DNA from: an uncultured delta proteobacterium
GTDB lineage: Bacteria > Myxococcota_A > Polyangia > Fen-1088
Assembly: GCA_963767925.1 (NCBI GenBank)
Contig: CAVYGB010000008.1
Location: 608,001 to 672,000 of the forward strand
DNA length: 64,000 bases
Direction: 5' to 3'
Position 1 is the first letter of the stretch; the number at the start of each line of letters is the position of its first letter. The position numbers and the translations under genes are program-made. The notes under the pieces were generated by a model. It was given only the letters and a program-made list of their open reading frames with translations. It had not been told where the DNA came from and ran no database searches. Shown in pieces: positions 31,659 through 41,004 of this stretch.

Positions 31659-32033
31659 TCAGCGCGATGGCTCTTCTTGCTCGCCGAGCAGCTTCGCCAT
31701 CTTCGTCAGCATCGAGACGATGCGCAGTAGAAGATCGCGTCCTGCCCCCAACGTAGCTTCGTCGCTGAGCTTCACCTTGCGGCAGACATCCAGTAGTGCA
31801 GCGCACTCCGTCGCCGACCGCAGTGCCATTCGGTGGAAGCGCGCCTTGTCCTTCCTGCTGAATTCCCCGGCTACCTCGGCCACGTTGAGCGGCACCGAGG
31901 TCGCCGCGCGCTGCAGTTGGTCCGCCAGGTAGGCTCGACCACGCGGCAGCTGCTCCACGATGTCGTCCGCCTTGGCGACGAACTCGATTCCCGCCTGGTA
32001 CACGTCCAGCTTCTCGTGATCGAAATGGCCCAT
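31659..32033 (-). CDS. Four helix bundle protein (23S rRNA intervening-sequence protein family)
   Basis: FDHEKLDVYQ, LADQLQRAATSVPLNVAE, KARF..MALRSATECAALLD, RIVSMLTKM. Confidence 0.9.
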   Translation of the reverse strand: MGHFDHEKLDVYQAGIEFVAKADDIVEQLPRGRAYLADQLQRAATSVPLNVAEVAGEFSRKDKARFHRMALRSATECAALLDVCRKVKLSDEATLGAGRDLLLRIVSMLTKMAKLLGEQEEPSR

Positions 32034-32077
32034 TCCCTGTTTTCGGCCAGCGCCTTCTCAGGTTGCGGGTACGGGGC

Positions 32078-32116
32078 ACGGGTCCGGGAACGGGAACGGG
32101 AACGGGAACGATCGGG
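32078..32116 (-). repeat. Subterminal (GGGAAC)n array, right end, inverted relative to the left array
   Basis: ACGGGTCC-(GGGAAC)4-GATCGGG. Confidence 0.95.
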
Positions 32117-32174
32117 GCCAGACACCCTGTTCGCGGTGTCTCGACGGCGGCGCCCCGCTGGTGCTTAATCCCGG

Positions 32175-33560
32175 CTAGACGTCGATCTTGTGGTCCTTCG
32201 TCTCGCGGATGAACAGGCTGGCCACCACCACGGTGATGAGGCAGACCGCGATCGGATAGATGAGGCCGGTGTAGATCGCCCCCGGTCCGAAGGTCGTCCT
32301 GGCCCAGGCGGAAGCCGTCACCGCGGTGGCGATGAGGGGCAGAAAGCCCCCGAACCAGCCGTTGCCGATGTGGTACGGCAGGGACATCGAGGTGTAGCGG
32401 ATCTTGGTGGGGAACAGCTCCACCAGGAAGGCGGCGATGGGGCCGTAGACCATGCAGACGTAGACCATCTGCAGGGTGAGCAGCAGGACGATGAGGATCT
32501 GGTTGCTCGTGCTCGGCTCGGGCAACGGGTGGGCCAGGCGCTGCATGGCCATGTAGATCGGGAGGTAGGTGAGCGCCCCCAGCAGGCAGCCCGCGATCAT
32601 GATCCTCTTGCGCCCGATCCGATCGGACAGCCACCCGAACAGGACGAACAGCGGCGTGGAGAGGGCCAGCGCGATCGAGATGAGGGTGTAGGAGGTCTGC
32701 CAGCTCACCTTGAGGACGTCACGCAAGAAGGTGAGGGCGTAAAACTGCCCCGTGTACCAGACCACGCCCTGTCCGGCGGTGGCCCCGAAAAGCGCCAGCA
32801 GCACGTATTTCAGGTTGGTGCGGTTGGCGAAACTCTCCACCAGGGGGTTGCGCGAGATCTTGCCGCTCGCCTTGAGCTTGGTGAAAAGGGGCGACTCCTT
32901 CATCCGCACCCGGATGTAGAGCGACACCCCCAGCAGCAAGACCGACAGCAGGAAGGGCACCCGCCAGCCGTAGGACCGGAAGGCCTCTTCCCCGAACATG
33001 GTCCGGAACACCCCGATCACCAGCATGCTGACGAAGAAGCCCAGCGTGGCGGTGGTCTGGATGAAGCTCGTGTAATAACCCCGGCGCTTGTCGGGCACGT
33101 GTTCGGCCACGTAGGTGGCGGCGCCCCCGTATTCGCCGCCCAGGGCCAGCCCCTGCAGCAGCCGCAGGGCCACCAGCAGCACCGTCGCCCACAGGCCGAT
33201 GCTCTGGTAGGTGGGCAAGACGCCGATCAGCGCCGTCGATAGGCCCATGGTCGCCATGGTGACGAGGAAGGTGTACTTCCGCCCGATGAGGTCGCCCAGG
33301 TGGCCGAACACCAGGGCCCCCAGCGGGCGCACCCCGAACCCGGCCCCGAAGGTGGCCAGGCTGGCCAGCAGCTGGGCGGTCTCGTTCCCCGGAGGGAAGA
33401 ACAGACCGCCGAAGAAGCTGGCCAGGCTTCCGTACAGGTAAAAGTCGTACCACTCGAACAAGGTGCCCAGCGAGGAGGCGAAGATGACCCGCCGGATCTT
33501 GGGGGGGTCGAGGGCGGCAGGAGGATCGGCGGCTGGCGGGTCGAGCGTCACCTTGGGCAT
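32175..33560 (-). CDS. MFS transporter, metabolite:H+ symporter (MHS) family
   Basis: SSLGTLFEWYDFYLYG, RPLGALVFGHLGDLIGRK, QGLALGGEYGGA, ELFPTKIRY. Confidence 0.93.
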   Translation of the reverse strand: MPKVTLDPPAADPPAALDPPKIRRVIFASSLGTLFEWYDFYLYGSLASFFGGLFFPPGNETAQLLASLATFGAGFGVRPLGALVFGHLGDLIGRKYTFLVTMATMGLSTALIGVLPTYQSIGLWATVLLVALRLLQGLALGGEYGGAATYVAEHVPDKRRGYYTSFIQTTATLGFFVSMLVIGVFRTMFGEEAFRSYGWRVPFLLSVLLLGVSLYIRVRMKESPLFTKLKASGKISRNPLVESFANRTNLKYVLLALFGATAGQGVVWYTGQFYALTFLRDVLKVSWQTSYTLISIALALSTPLFVLFGWLSDRIGRKRIMIAGCLLGALTYLPIYMAMQRLAHPLPEPSTSNQILIVLLLTLQMVYVCMVYGPIAAFLVELFPTKIRYTSMSLPYHIGNGWFGGFLPLIATAVTASAWARTTFGPGAIYTGLIYPIAVCLITVVVASLFIRETKDHKIDV

Positions 33561-33621
33561 GGTGGTATCCAGATGGTTCTCCAGGAGGGGTGGGAAGGGG
33601 GGGGCGCGGTCGGCTGGCGGC

Positions 33622-35223
33622 TCAGCGCTGGCTGACCTCGTTTTCGAGGGGCTTGCCGTCGGGGTCGAGCAGGACGATCTTGCTCCCGCCCCACTCCTTC
33701 GAGTCGGCCAGCTCCTTCAGCTTCGGCAACACGACCTTGCCGTCCCCCACCACCAGGAGCTGCAGGTTGCCGAGCTTGAGGTGTTTGCTGGCCGACTGCT
33801 TCACGGCGGCCTTGTTTATCGCCTGCACCTTGCCCACGAAGGTGTCGAAGTAGTTGAGCGGCAGCCCGTAGTAGATGAGCTCCCGGAAGGCGGCCAGCGT
33901 CTGCAGGCCGGTCGAGAACTGGGCCGGCACCGACTGCACCTTGTTGTCCTTCTCCCGGCCGAGCTCCTGCTCGGTCGGGTCACCCTCGCGCAGCCCCCGG
34001 ATCTCCTTGCCCATCTCCAGGATCGACTCCCTGGTGACGTCGGTGCGCACCGAGGCGGCCGCCCGGAAGACGCTGCCCTGGCGGTTGTAGTCGAAGGCCC
34101 CCCGTGCCCCGTAGGCGTAGCCGTGTTTCTCCCGGATGTTCATGTTGATCCGGCTGGTGAACCCGCCGCCGAGGATGGCGCTCATGATGCTGGTGGCCTG
34201 GAAGTCGGCCGCCTTGCGGTCCGGGCCCAGGTGGAGGAGCTGCACCACCGACTGGGGGGCGTTGGGCATGTCGACGAAGAAGATCCGGCCGGCGCGGGGC
34301 TTGGCCGCGGTGGGGGCGGAGGCCTTCTTGGGCCGCCCCGTCCAGCCCTTGAGCCTGTTACCCACCTGCTCGGTGATCTCGGCCTTGCTGAGGTCACCGA
34401 CGACGAACAGGGTCGCCCCCTGGGGCTTGACGTAGTCGTTCACGAAGGCCTGGCAGTCGGGCAGGCCGATGGCCCCGTAGCTGGCCTCGGTGGCGAAGCG
34501 CCCGTAGAGGTGGTCGGCGCCGTAGACGACCGAGTTGGACAGCCGCCCCGCCACCGCCGCCGGGTTCCCCTTGGTCTGTTGCAGGCCGGCGATGCGGCGC
34601 TTGAGGCTCCGATCGAGCTCCTCGGCCCGCAGACCCGGCTCGAGCAGGGTATCGGCCCAGAGATCGAGGGTCTGGGCGAGGTTCTTCTTGAGGCTGGCCA
34701 GCGACACCCAGTGCTGATCGGCCGAGGAGGAGCTCGACACCGTCGAGGCGATATCGGCCAGCGCCTCCTCGAGCTCGATCTTGCCGAGGGTCTGCGTCCC
34801 CTCGCTCATCAGGGCCGAGCAGACCGAGGCCAGGCCGTCTTTGCCCTTGGGGTCGACGAAGGAGCCGCCCTCGAACACCAGCGACATCGAGACGATGGGC
34901 AGGTTGTGCCGCTCGACCAGGTAGACCGAGACCCCGCCCGGGAGCTTGAAGCGCTGCAGGTCGGGGGTCTTGAAGGGGCGGATCTTGTCGGCCGCCGGCT
35001 GCTGGGCCCGGAAGGCCTCCTCCGGGAAGGTCAGCTCGGGCGGGGGCGGCTCCTCGGGCGGCGGCGGCAGAGGGGGAGCTTCGGCCGGCGGGGGGACCGC
35101 GGCCAGCTCGGGTGAGGGAGGGGCGGGCGAGGTGGGGGTCTGGGTCACCGGCCCGGCGCAGGCGCTCGCGCCGAGCAGCAGCCCCAAAAGGAGGCTCGGG
35201 TTCTTGCGGATGATGCGGTTCAT
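33622..35223 (-). CDS. M16 (pitrilysin) family peptidase, lipoprotein subunit without HXXEH
   Basis: Lipobox ASAC; LVERHNLPIV; ILGGGFTSRINMNIREKHGYAYG. Confidence 0.88.
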   Translation of the reverse strand: MNRIIRKNPSLLLGLLLGASACAGPVTQTPTSPAPPSPELAAVPPPAEAPPLPPPPEEPPPPELTFPEEAFRAQQPAADKIRPFKTPDLQRFKLPGGVSVYLVERHNLPIVSMSLVFEGGSFVDPKGKDGLASVCSALMSEGTQTLGKIELEEALADIASTVSSSSSADQHWVSLASLKKNLAQTLDLWADTLLEPGLRAEELDRSLKRRIAGLQQTKGNPAAVAGRLSNSVVYGADHLYGRFATEASYGAIGLPDCQAFVNDYVKPQGATLFVVGDLSKAEITEQVGNRLKGWTGRPKKASAPTAAKPRAGRIFFVDMPNAPQSVVQLLHLGPDRKAADFQATSIMSAILGGGFTSRINMNIREKHGYAYGARGAFDYNRQGSVFRAAASVRTDVTRESILEMGKEIRGLREGDPTEQELGREKDNKVQSVPAQFSTGLQTLAAFRELIYYGLPLNYFDTFVGKVQAINKAAVKQSASKHLKLGNLQLLVVGDGKVVLPKLKELADSKEWGGSKIVLLDPDGKPLENEVSQR

Positions 35224-36634
35224 GGCTGTCCTCCCGACGACTGGGCCCCTGCGGGGGCGGTGCTCACCTTCGGCGCACCCGGCCCCGCGCCGGGCAGCGT
35301 GAGGATCTCGATCCGGTTCTGCTTCTTGAGGTAGGTGGCCGCGGCGGTGCGCACGCCCTCGGCGGTGGCGTTGCGGAACTGATCGAGGTGGCGGGTGAAG
35401 GAGTTCGGGTCGCCGAAGTGGTGGTTGTACATCTGGACGGTCTCACCCCGGGCCACCAGGCTCTCGAGGCCCCGCACGAACCCGGCCTCGGTCTCGGTGA
35501 TCACCCGCTTGCGCTCCCGCTCGGTGATCGCCTCGCTCGCCACCTTGTCGAGCTCGGCGTTGAGGACCGCCTCGACCGCGCGCAGGTCGGCGTCCGGCTT
35601 CAGATCGACGACAACGTTGAAGATGCTCGAGAAGCGCTGGCTCTGCTGGAAGACGGACACGTTCTGGGCCCACTGCTTCTCGTGCACGAGGATCTTGTAG
35701 AGGCGCCCGGTGCCGCTGCGGCCGAGGGCGCTGGCCAGGATGTCGAGCTCGGCGTCGCCGGCGGCGAAGGCCTTGGGGCTGTGCCAGGCGTACTGGATGC
35801 GCCGGAGCTTGGCGAAGTCGTCGCTCACCTGCTCCCGCCTGGTCTGGGTGACGGGGGTCGGGAGGACCTCGCGCTTGGCCGGCCTGGCCGTCTTGGGGAA
35901 GGTGCCGAACCACTTTTCCACGAGCTTCTTGGTCGCGGGGACGTCGATGTCACCGGCCACGAGCAGGGTGGCGTTGGCGGGGACGTACCACTTGCGGAAG
36001 AAGTTCTTCACGTCCTCGAGCGAGGCGGCCGCCAGATCCTCGTGCCGCCCGATGACCTGGTAGCGGTAAGGGTGGCCCTCGGCGTAGAGGAGTCGGTTGA
36101 GCACGAAGCTGGTCTTGCCGTAGGGCACGTTGTCTACCGCTGGCGGCGCTCGTTGCGCACCACCTCGCGCTGGTTGGCCAGGCTCTTTTCGGTCAGCAGT
36201 GGCAACATGTAGCCCATGCGATCGCTCTCCAGCCAGAGGGCGGTCTCGAGCTGGTTGGCCGGCACCTGCTCGAAGTAGTTGGTGCGGTCGGTGTTGGTCG
36301 AGCCGTTGATCACCGCCGAGCCGATCTTCTGCAGCACCTCGAAGTGCTTGTCCTCGCCGACGTGTTTCGAGCCCTGGAACATCATGTGCTCGAACAGGTG
36401 GGCGAAGCCGCTCTTGCCGGGGGTCTCCTCCCCGCTGCCGACGTGGTACCAGACGCTGACGTAGGCCAGCGGCACGGTCCGATCGGGGTGCAGGATGACC
36501 TCCAGGCCGTTGTCGAGCTGGTAGCGCTCCAGCTCCAGCTTGGGGTCACCCTCCGCGGCGACGACGCCGTCCGAGCCGCCGAGCAGCAACGCGAAAAACA
36601 CAAGCTTGCGCAAGGCCATCAGGCTCCGCGGCAT
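35220..36634 (-). CDS. M16 family zinc peptidase, catalytic subunit (frameshift near 36135)
   Basis: WYHVGS, GFAHLFEHMMFQGS, NGSTNTDRTNYFE, VVRNERRQR then NVPYG in the next frame. Confidence 0.9.
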
Positions 36635-36728
36635 TCGAGCACCTCCTCTTGATTGTTCGGGACCCGGAAACCGGGCGGCTCCCACGCGAGGGGCGCGAGC
36701 TTACCAGCGTCCGCCCGGAGGCTCAAAG

Positions 36729-37970
36729 TCAGGCGCGCGCGGCCAGCCCGATGCGGTCGAGCAGCCGGTAGGCCCGCTCGCGCGAGATGCCGAGCCGGGT
36801 GGCCGCCCGGGACATGTTCCCGCCCGCCTCCCGGACCGCGTCGAGCATCAGGGGCACGTCGAGCACCGGGCTGACCGGGATGACGGGAGAGGTGGTCCGG
36901 TTGTCCAGATCGGGGGGCAACATCCGCGGGGGCAGGTGGGCCGTGCGCAGCCGGTCGTCGTCGCCGTGCAGGGAGATGAGCCGGAGCAGCAGGAGCGCCA
37001 TCTCCCGCACGTTGCAGGGCCAGTCGTAGAGGCACAGCCGCTCGACCATCTCGGCGCTCGGTGGCGGCACGTTGGCCCCCCCGTGCCGCTGGTAGAGGTG
37101 CCGGAACAGCGCGGGGATCTCCACCGTGCGCCGGCGCAGGGGCGGCAGCCGGAGCTTGATCCCATCGAGCTGCCGGTAGAGGCTCTCCACCAGGCGCCCG
37201 TCCGCCAGCGCGGTGGCCAGCGGCTCCTGGCTGCCGACCACCAGGCCCACCCGCTCCCAGCGGCCCTCGGCGAGGGTGGCGGCCAGGCGCTCCTGCAGGG
37301 ATGGCTCGAGGGCGGCGATGCTGCCGAGGTAGACGGTACCGCCGAGCGACTGGGCCAGGGCGCCCCCCACCGCGGCCGCCCCGAACAGGCGCAGGCTCGC
37401 CTCGAAGGGATCGACAGCGCCGCAGTCGAGCGCGACGAAGGGGCCCCGCCGCGCCTCCTGGGCGTGGATGAGCCGCGCGGTCAGGGCCTTTCCCGTGCCG
37501 GTCTCCCCCTCGATCACGATGGGCAGCGATTCGCCGCGGGCGACGACGAGCGGCTCGAGGGCGGCCTCCAGGATGGGGCCCAGGGACATCCCGACCGCGG
37601 CGGCCTCGGCCTGCAGCGATCGGCGGCTGTCGGTGGCCGGGGTGGGCGCCACAACTCCCAGGAAGTCGCCCAGCCGGATGAGGGCCCCCTCTTCCAGGGG
37701 GGCCTCGTGGACCTTGGCGCCGTCGACCATCACCCCGTTGGTGCTGCCGAGGTCGCGGATGACCGCCGAGCGGCCCGACCAGACGATCTCGGCGTGCTCC
37801 CAGGAGACCGCCTTGCCGTCGAGGGGGACGTCGCAGTCGGGGTTGCGGCCCAGGATGAGCGGCCTGGCGCCGAAGGGGACGAAGCGGGGGCTCTCATCGG
37901 GGAAGACGAACACGATACCGAGACCCCGGAGGGCCAGAACTTTTCGCGCGTCGTCCCGGGGCTGGCTCAT
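36729..37970 (-). CDS. FHA-domain sigma54-activator-like regulator with degenerate AAA+ domain and Fis HTH
   Basis: LGRNPDC..VSWEHA..STNG; GETGTGK; YDWPCNVRE; GNMSRAATRLGISR. Confidence 0.85.
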   Translation of the reverse strand: MSQPRDDARKVLALRGLGIVFVFPDESPRFVPFGARPLILGRNPDCDVPLDGKAVSWEHAEIVWSGRSAVIRDLGSTNGVMVDGAKVHEAPLEEGALIRLGDFLGVVAPTPATDSRRSLQAEAAAVGMSLGPILEAALEPLVVARGESLPIVIEGETGTGKALTARLIHAQEARRGPFVALDCGAVDPFEASLRLFGAAAVGGALAQSLGGTVYLGSIAALEPSLQERLAATLAEGRWERVGLVVGSQEPLATALADGRLVESLYRQLDGIKLRLPPLRRRTVEIPALFRHLYQRHGGANVPPPSAEMVERLCLYDWPCNVREMALLLLRLISLHGDDDRLRTAHLPPRMLPPDLDNRTTSPVIPVSPVLDVPLMLDAVREAGGNMSRAATRLGISRERAYRLLDRIGLAARA

Positions 37971-38128
37971 ACGTGTGTTTCGGGTGGGTCGTCTCGCGAC
38001 CGATCAGACGGTCGCGCAAACCGGAGCTGCTTGCCACACATTTCGGGCGGATGTCAGGACGACACCGTGCATGTAGCGACGCGTCGCATATAGCGAACGC
38101 GGAGCTACGGCGCTAGTAAAAAGGCCCC

Positions 38129-39121
38129 GTGTCGAACCCCGCGCGCTCGTTCCACCGCCTCAGCCTGGTCGTCCTCGGTGTCACGCTGGCCGTCATCTTG
38201 TGGGGCGCCTACGTTCGCGCCACCGGCTCGGGCGCCGGCTGCGGCAGCCACTGGCCCACCTGCAACGGCGAGGTGATCCCCCGCAACCCCAGCACCGCCA
38301 CGGTGATCGAATTCACCCACCGCGCCACCTCGGGCATCGCCTTCCTGCTGGTGCTGGCCCAGCTCGTGATGGCGTTCCGGAGCTTTCCCCGGGGCCACGG
38401 GGTACGGCGGGCCGCGGTCGGCGGGTTCGTGCTCATGGTGACCGAGGCGCTGGTGGGCGCCGGCCTCGTGATCTTCGAGATGGTGGCGGGCAACACCGAG
38501 ACGGCGCGGGCCTTCTGGATGGCGGCCCACCTCCTCAACACCTTCGCCCTGCTCTCGGCGCTCGGGCTATGCGCCTGGCGGTCGCGCCGGCCCGCTCCCG
38601 ACCCGGTCGCCGATCCCGGATCGGCGCTGGCGCCGGGCTTCGGGCCGGGGCTGATGCTGGGCCTGCTGGCCTTGCTCCTGGTGGCGACAAGCGGCGCGGT
38701 GGTGGCCCTGGGGGACACGCTGTTCCCGTCCGCCTCCCTGCGCGAGGGCCTGCAGCAGGACTTCGCCCCGGGCGCCCACCTCTTCATCCGCCTGCGCGTG
38801 TTGCACCCGGTGCTGGCGGTGGCGACGGCGATCTACCTCCTCGTCGTGACGGCCCTGCTGGCCGCCCGGGACCCGGACGGGCGGCTGCGGGCCCCGGCGA
38901 GCCTCACCGCGGGCCTGGTGCTCGTCCAGCTCGCCATCGGCTTCGCCAACCTGCTGCTGCTGGCCCCGGTGGCCCTGCAGATCGCCCACCTGCTGGTGGC
39001 CGACCTGCTCTGGCTGGCCCTGGTGGTGACGACCGCCGCCACCCGCGAGCACCTAGCGGCGCGCGCGGTCGCCCGGCCGGCCTACGCCGCGCCGCTGGTA
39101 CCCGGTCCCGCCGCCGAGTGA
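38129..39121 (+). CDS. ctaA: Heme A synthase (COX15/CtaA family)
   Basis: GSGAGCGSHWPTCNG, IEFTHR, conserved His residues, multiple TM segments. Confidence 0.88.
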   Translation: MSNPARSFHRLSLVVLGVTLAVILWGAYVRATGSGAGCGSHWPTCNGEVIPRNPSTATVIEFTHRATSGIAFLLVLAQLVMAFRSFPRGHGVRRAAVGGFVLMVTEALVGAGLVIFEMVAGNTETARAFWMAAHLLNTFALLSALGLCAWRSRRPAPDPVADPGSALAPGFGPGLMLGLLALLLVATSGAVVALGDTLFPSASLREGLQQDFAPGAHLFIRLRVLHPVLAVATAIYLLVVTALLAARDPDGRLRAPASLTAGLVLVQLAIGFANLLLLAPVALQIAHLLVADLLWLALVVTTAATREHLAARAVARPAYAAPLVPGPAAE

Positions 39122-40404
39122 GCCGCGGGCCACCCCGGCCGGTGCAGCGGCCAGTGGGTCTTCTTCTCGATGGCCAGCAGGCGGTTGTACTTGGCCAGCC
39201 GCTCCGACCGCCGCAGGCCACCGACCCGCAGGTGCTCGGCCCCCCAGCCCACCGCCAGATCGGTCAGCCAGTCGTCTTCGGTCTCGCCGGTCCGGCCGGC
39301 CACGATCACCGTGAGCCCCGCCTTGCGCGCCAGCCGCAGCGTCTCGGCCGCCTCGCTGAGGGTGCCGCACTGGCTGGGCTTGACCACCACCGCAGTGCAG
39401 GCCTCCTGGGCCACCGCCCGCTTGACCCGGATCGGGTTGGTGCACAGCAGGTCGTCCCCGATCACGTGCACCTGGCCGGTCGGCGTCCGCAGGCGCGCGC
39501 ACAGCCGGGTCCAGTTCTCCCAGTCCTCCTCGGCCAGCGGATCCTCGACCGCGAACAGCGGGAAGCGGGTCGCCCAGGTCGCGAAGCGCTCGATGACCTC
39601 GCGGGGGGTCAGCTTCTCCCGATCGATCCGGTACCAGCCCTCCTCGAAGCGGCGGCTGGCCGCCCCCAGCAGCACCAGCTTCACCTCCCGATCCGGCTCC
39701 CGGTCGGCGGTGCGCACCGCCTGCAGGGTCAGCTCGAGCATCGAGTCGGAGTCGAAGAAGGGGGCGCGGATGCCGCCGTCGTGGGCCAGCGCGACGCCGG
39801 AGTCGTAACGCCGGCGGGCGGCCGCCTCGGCGAGGGCGGTGAGCTGCGCCGCCACCACCAGGGCCTCGTCCACGGTCGCGGCCGCGGCGGGCAGCACCGC
39901 CAGCCCCAGCGGACCGCGATCGAGCGGATCGCTCCCGTCGCCCGAGAACAGCGACACGATCGGCATGGGCAGGCGGGCCGGCCCCTTGCCGACCATCTCG
40001 GCGAAGTGGCGGAAGAGGGGGGTGCCCTGGGTCGTGGCGTGGGCCCGGGCGAAGGCCAGCGAGATCCCGCAGACGGTGTTGCCGCCGAGCCGGCTCAGGT
40101 TGCGGGTCCCGTCGAGGGCCGCGAGCGCGCGATCGAAGCTGGCCTGGTCGGAGAAGCGTTTTCCGATCAGCGCCGCCCGGATCTCCCCCTCCACCAGCGC
40201 GACCGCCTTGCGCCGGCCGCCGCCGCGGAAGCGGGCCTCGTCCTCGTCGCGCAGATCGAAGACCTCGTTTCGCCCGGGCGTGCCGGCCACCGGCACGGCG
40301 GCGTTGCCGCGTACGCCGGTGTCGAGCACGCAGCTCACCTCGATGGTCGGGCCACCCCGGCTATCCAGGATCTCGAGCGCCTCGAGATGGGTGACGGTTG
40401 GCAT
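39082..40404 (-). CDS. Enolase-family protein with degenerate active site
   Basis: EILDSRGGPT, LGGN, EDPLAEED, GDDLLCTN, GETED, RSERLAKYNRLLAIE. Confidence 0.88.
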   Translation of the reverse strand: MPTVTHLEALEILDSRGGPTIEVSCVLDTGVRGNAAVPVAGTPGRNEVFDLRDEDEARFRGGGRRKAVALVEGEIRAALIGKRFSDQASFDRALAALDGTRNLSRLGGNTVCGISLAFARAHATTQGTPLFRHFAEMVGKGPARLPMPIVSLFSGDGSDPLDRGPLGLAVLPAAAATVDEALVVAAQLTALAEAAARRRYDSGVALAHDGGIRAPFFDSDSMLELTLQAVRTADREPDREVKLVLLGAASRRFEEGWYRIDREKLTPREVIERFATWATRFPLFAVEDPLAEEDWENWTRLCARLRTPTGQVHVIGDDLLCTNPIRVKRAVAQEACTAVVVKPSQCGTLSEAAETLRLARKAGLTVIVAGRTGETEDDWLTDLAVGWGAEHLRVGGLRRSERLAKYNRLLAIEKKTHWPLHRPGWPAAHSAAGPGTSGAA

Positions 40405-40464
40405 GGGCAAAGGTGGGGCGAGGGGAGATGATCGCCCGCAATCCGCCCGGGTACAAGGCGTAGA

Positions 40465-40878
40465 TCACCGGGGTTTTTTCAGGACCTCGACCCGGACCCG
40501 GGCAAGGCCCCCGAACATGCGCAGCTCCCTGGCCGCCTCGGCGCTGAGGTCGATGATCCGGCCGCGCCCGTAGGGGCCCCGATCGTTGATGCGCACCTCG
40601 ATCGGGCCGGCCACCACCTTTCCCTGAGCGTCGATCCGGGTCACCCGCACCCGGGTCCCCAGCGGCAGGGTCCGGTGCGCGGCGGTCATCGCCGCCGCCC
40701 GGTACGGCTCGCCGGACGCTGTCCGGCGGCCCTCGAAACGCGCAGCGTAGTGGGTGGCGATCCCCTCTTCGGCCGGCCCCACGTCGGGCCGGCTGGGCGG
40801 GGCCCGCCCGGGACAGCCCGCCGCGAGCGCCAGACAGGCCGCCAGGGCCAGCGCCCGGGCGCCGGCGCGGAACCGCAC
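40465..40878 (-). CDS. RlpA-family (DPBB) lipoprotein
   Basis: Lipobox AAGC; GRRTASGE, TAAHRTLPLG, RINDRGPY..RIIDLS. Confidence 0.92.
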   Translation of the reverse strand: MRFRAGARALALAACLALAAGCPGRAPPSRPDVGPAEEGIATHYAARFEGRRTASGEPYRAAAMTAAHRTLPLGTRVRVTRIDAQGKVVAGPIEVRINDRGPYGRGRIIDLSAEAARELRMFGGLARVRVEVLKKPR

Positions 40879-41004
40879 CGAGGTCAGCAGCGGGGCCCAC
40901 CCGGGTGGCGTCGGTTGGTCATGGTCGGCCTCGCCTGGTCAGCCTACCAGGTGACGGGGACCTGTCCATCGGCCGCACCCCTGCTCTCGGCTAAGATGGA
41001 CCCG

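Larger units (their letters stand above)
30762..32174 (-). mobile_element. IS1380-family element (non-autonomous) with four-helix-bundle passenger gene
   Basis: Terminal IRs CCGGGATTATTCATCAG / CCGGGATTAAGCACCAG (14/17 identical); CTAG direct repeats at 30758-30761 and 32175-32178; IS1380-type transposase fragments. Confidence 0.88.

Noticed and set aside
31659..32033. Four-helix-bundle gene as the Avd of a diversity-generating retroelement
   Set aside because: I found no reverse transcriptase and no TR/VR repeat pair differing at adenines in the window.
33622..36634. M16 peptidase gene lacking HXXEH as a pseudo-enzyme
   Set aside because: Catalytic plus non-catalytic subunit pairs are the established heterodimeric M16B arrangement.
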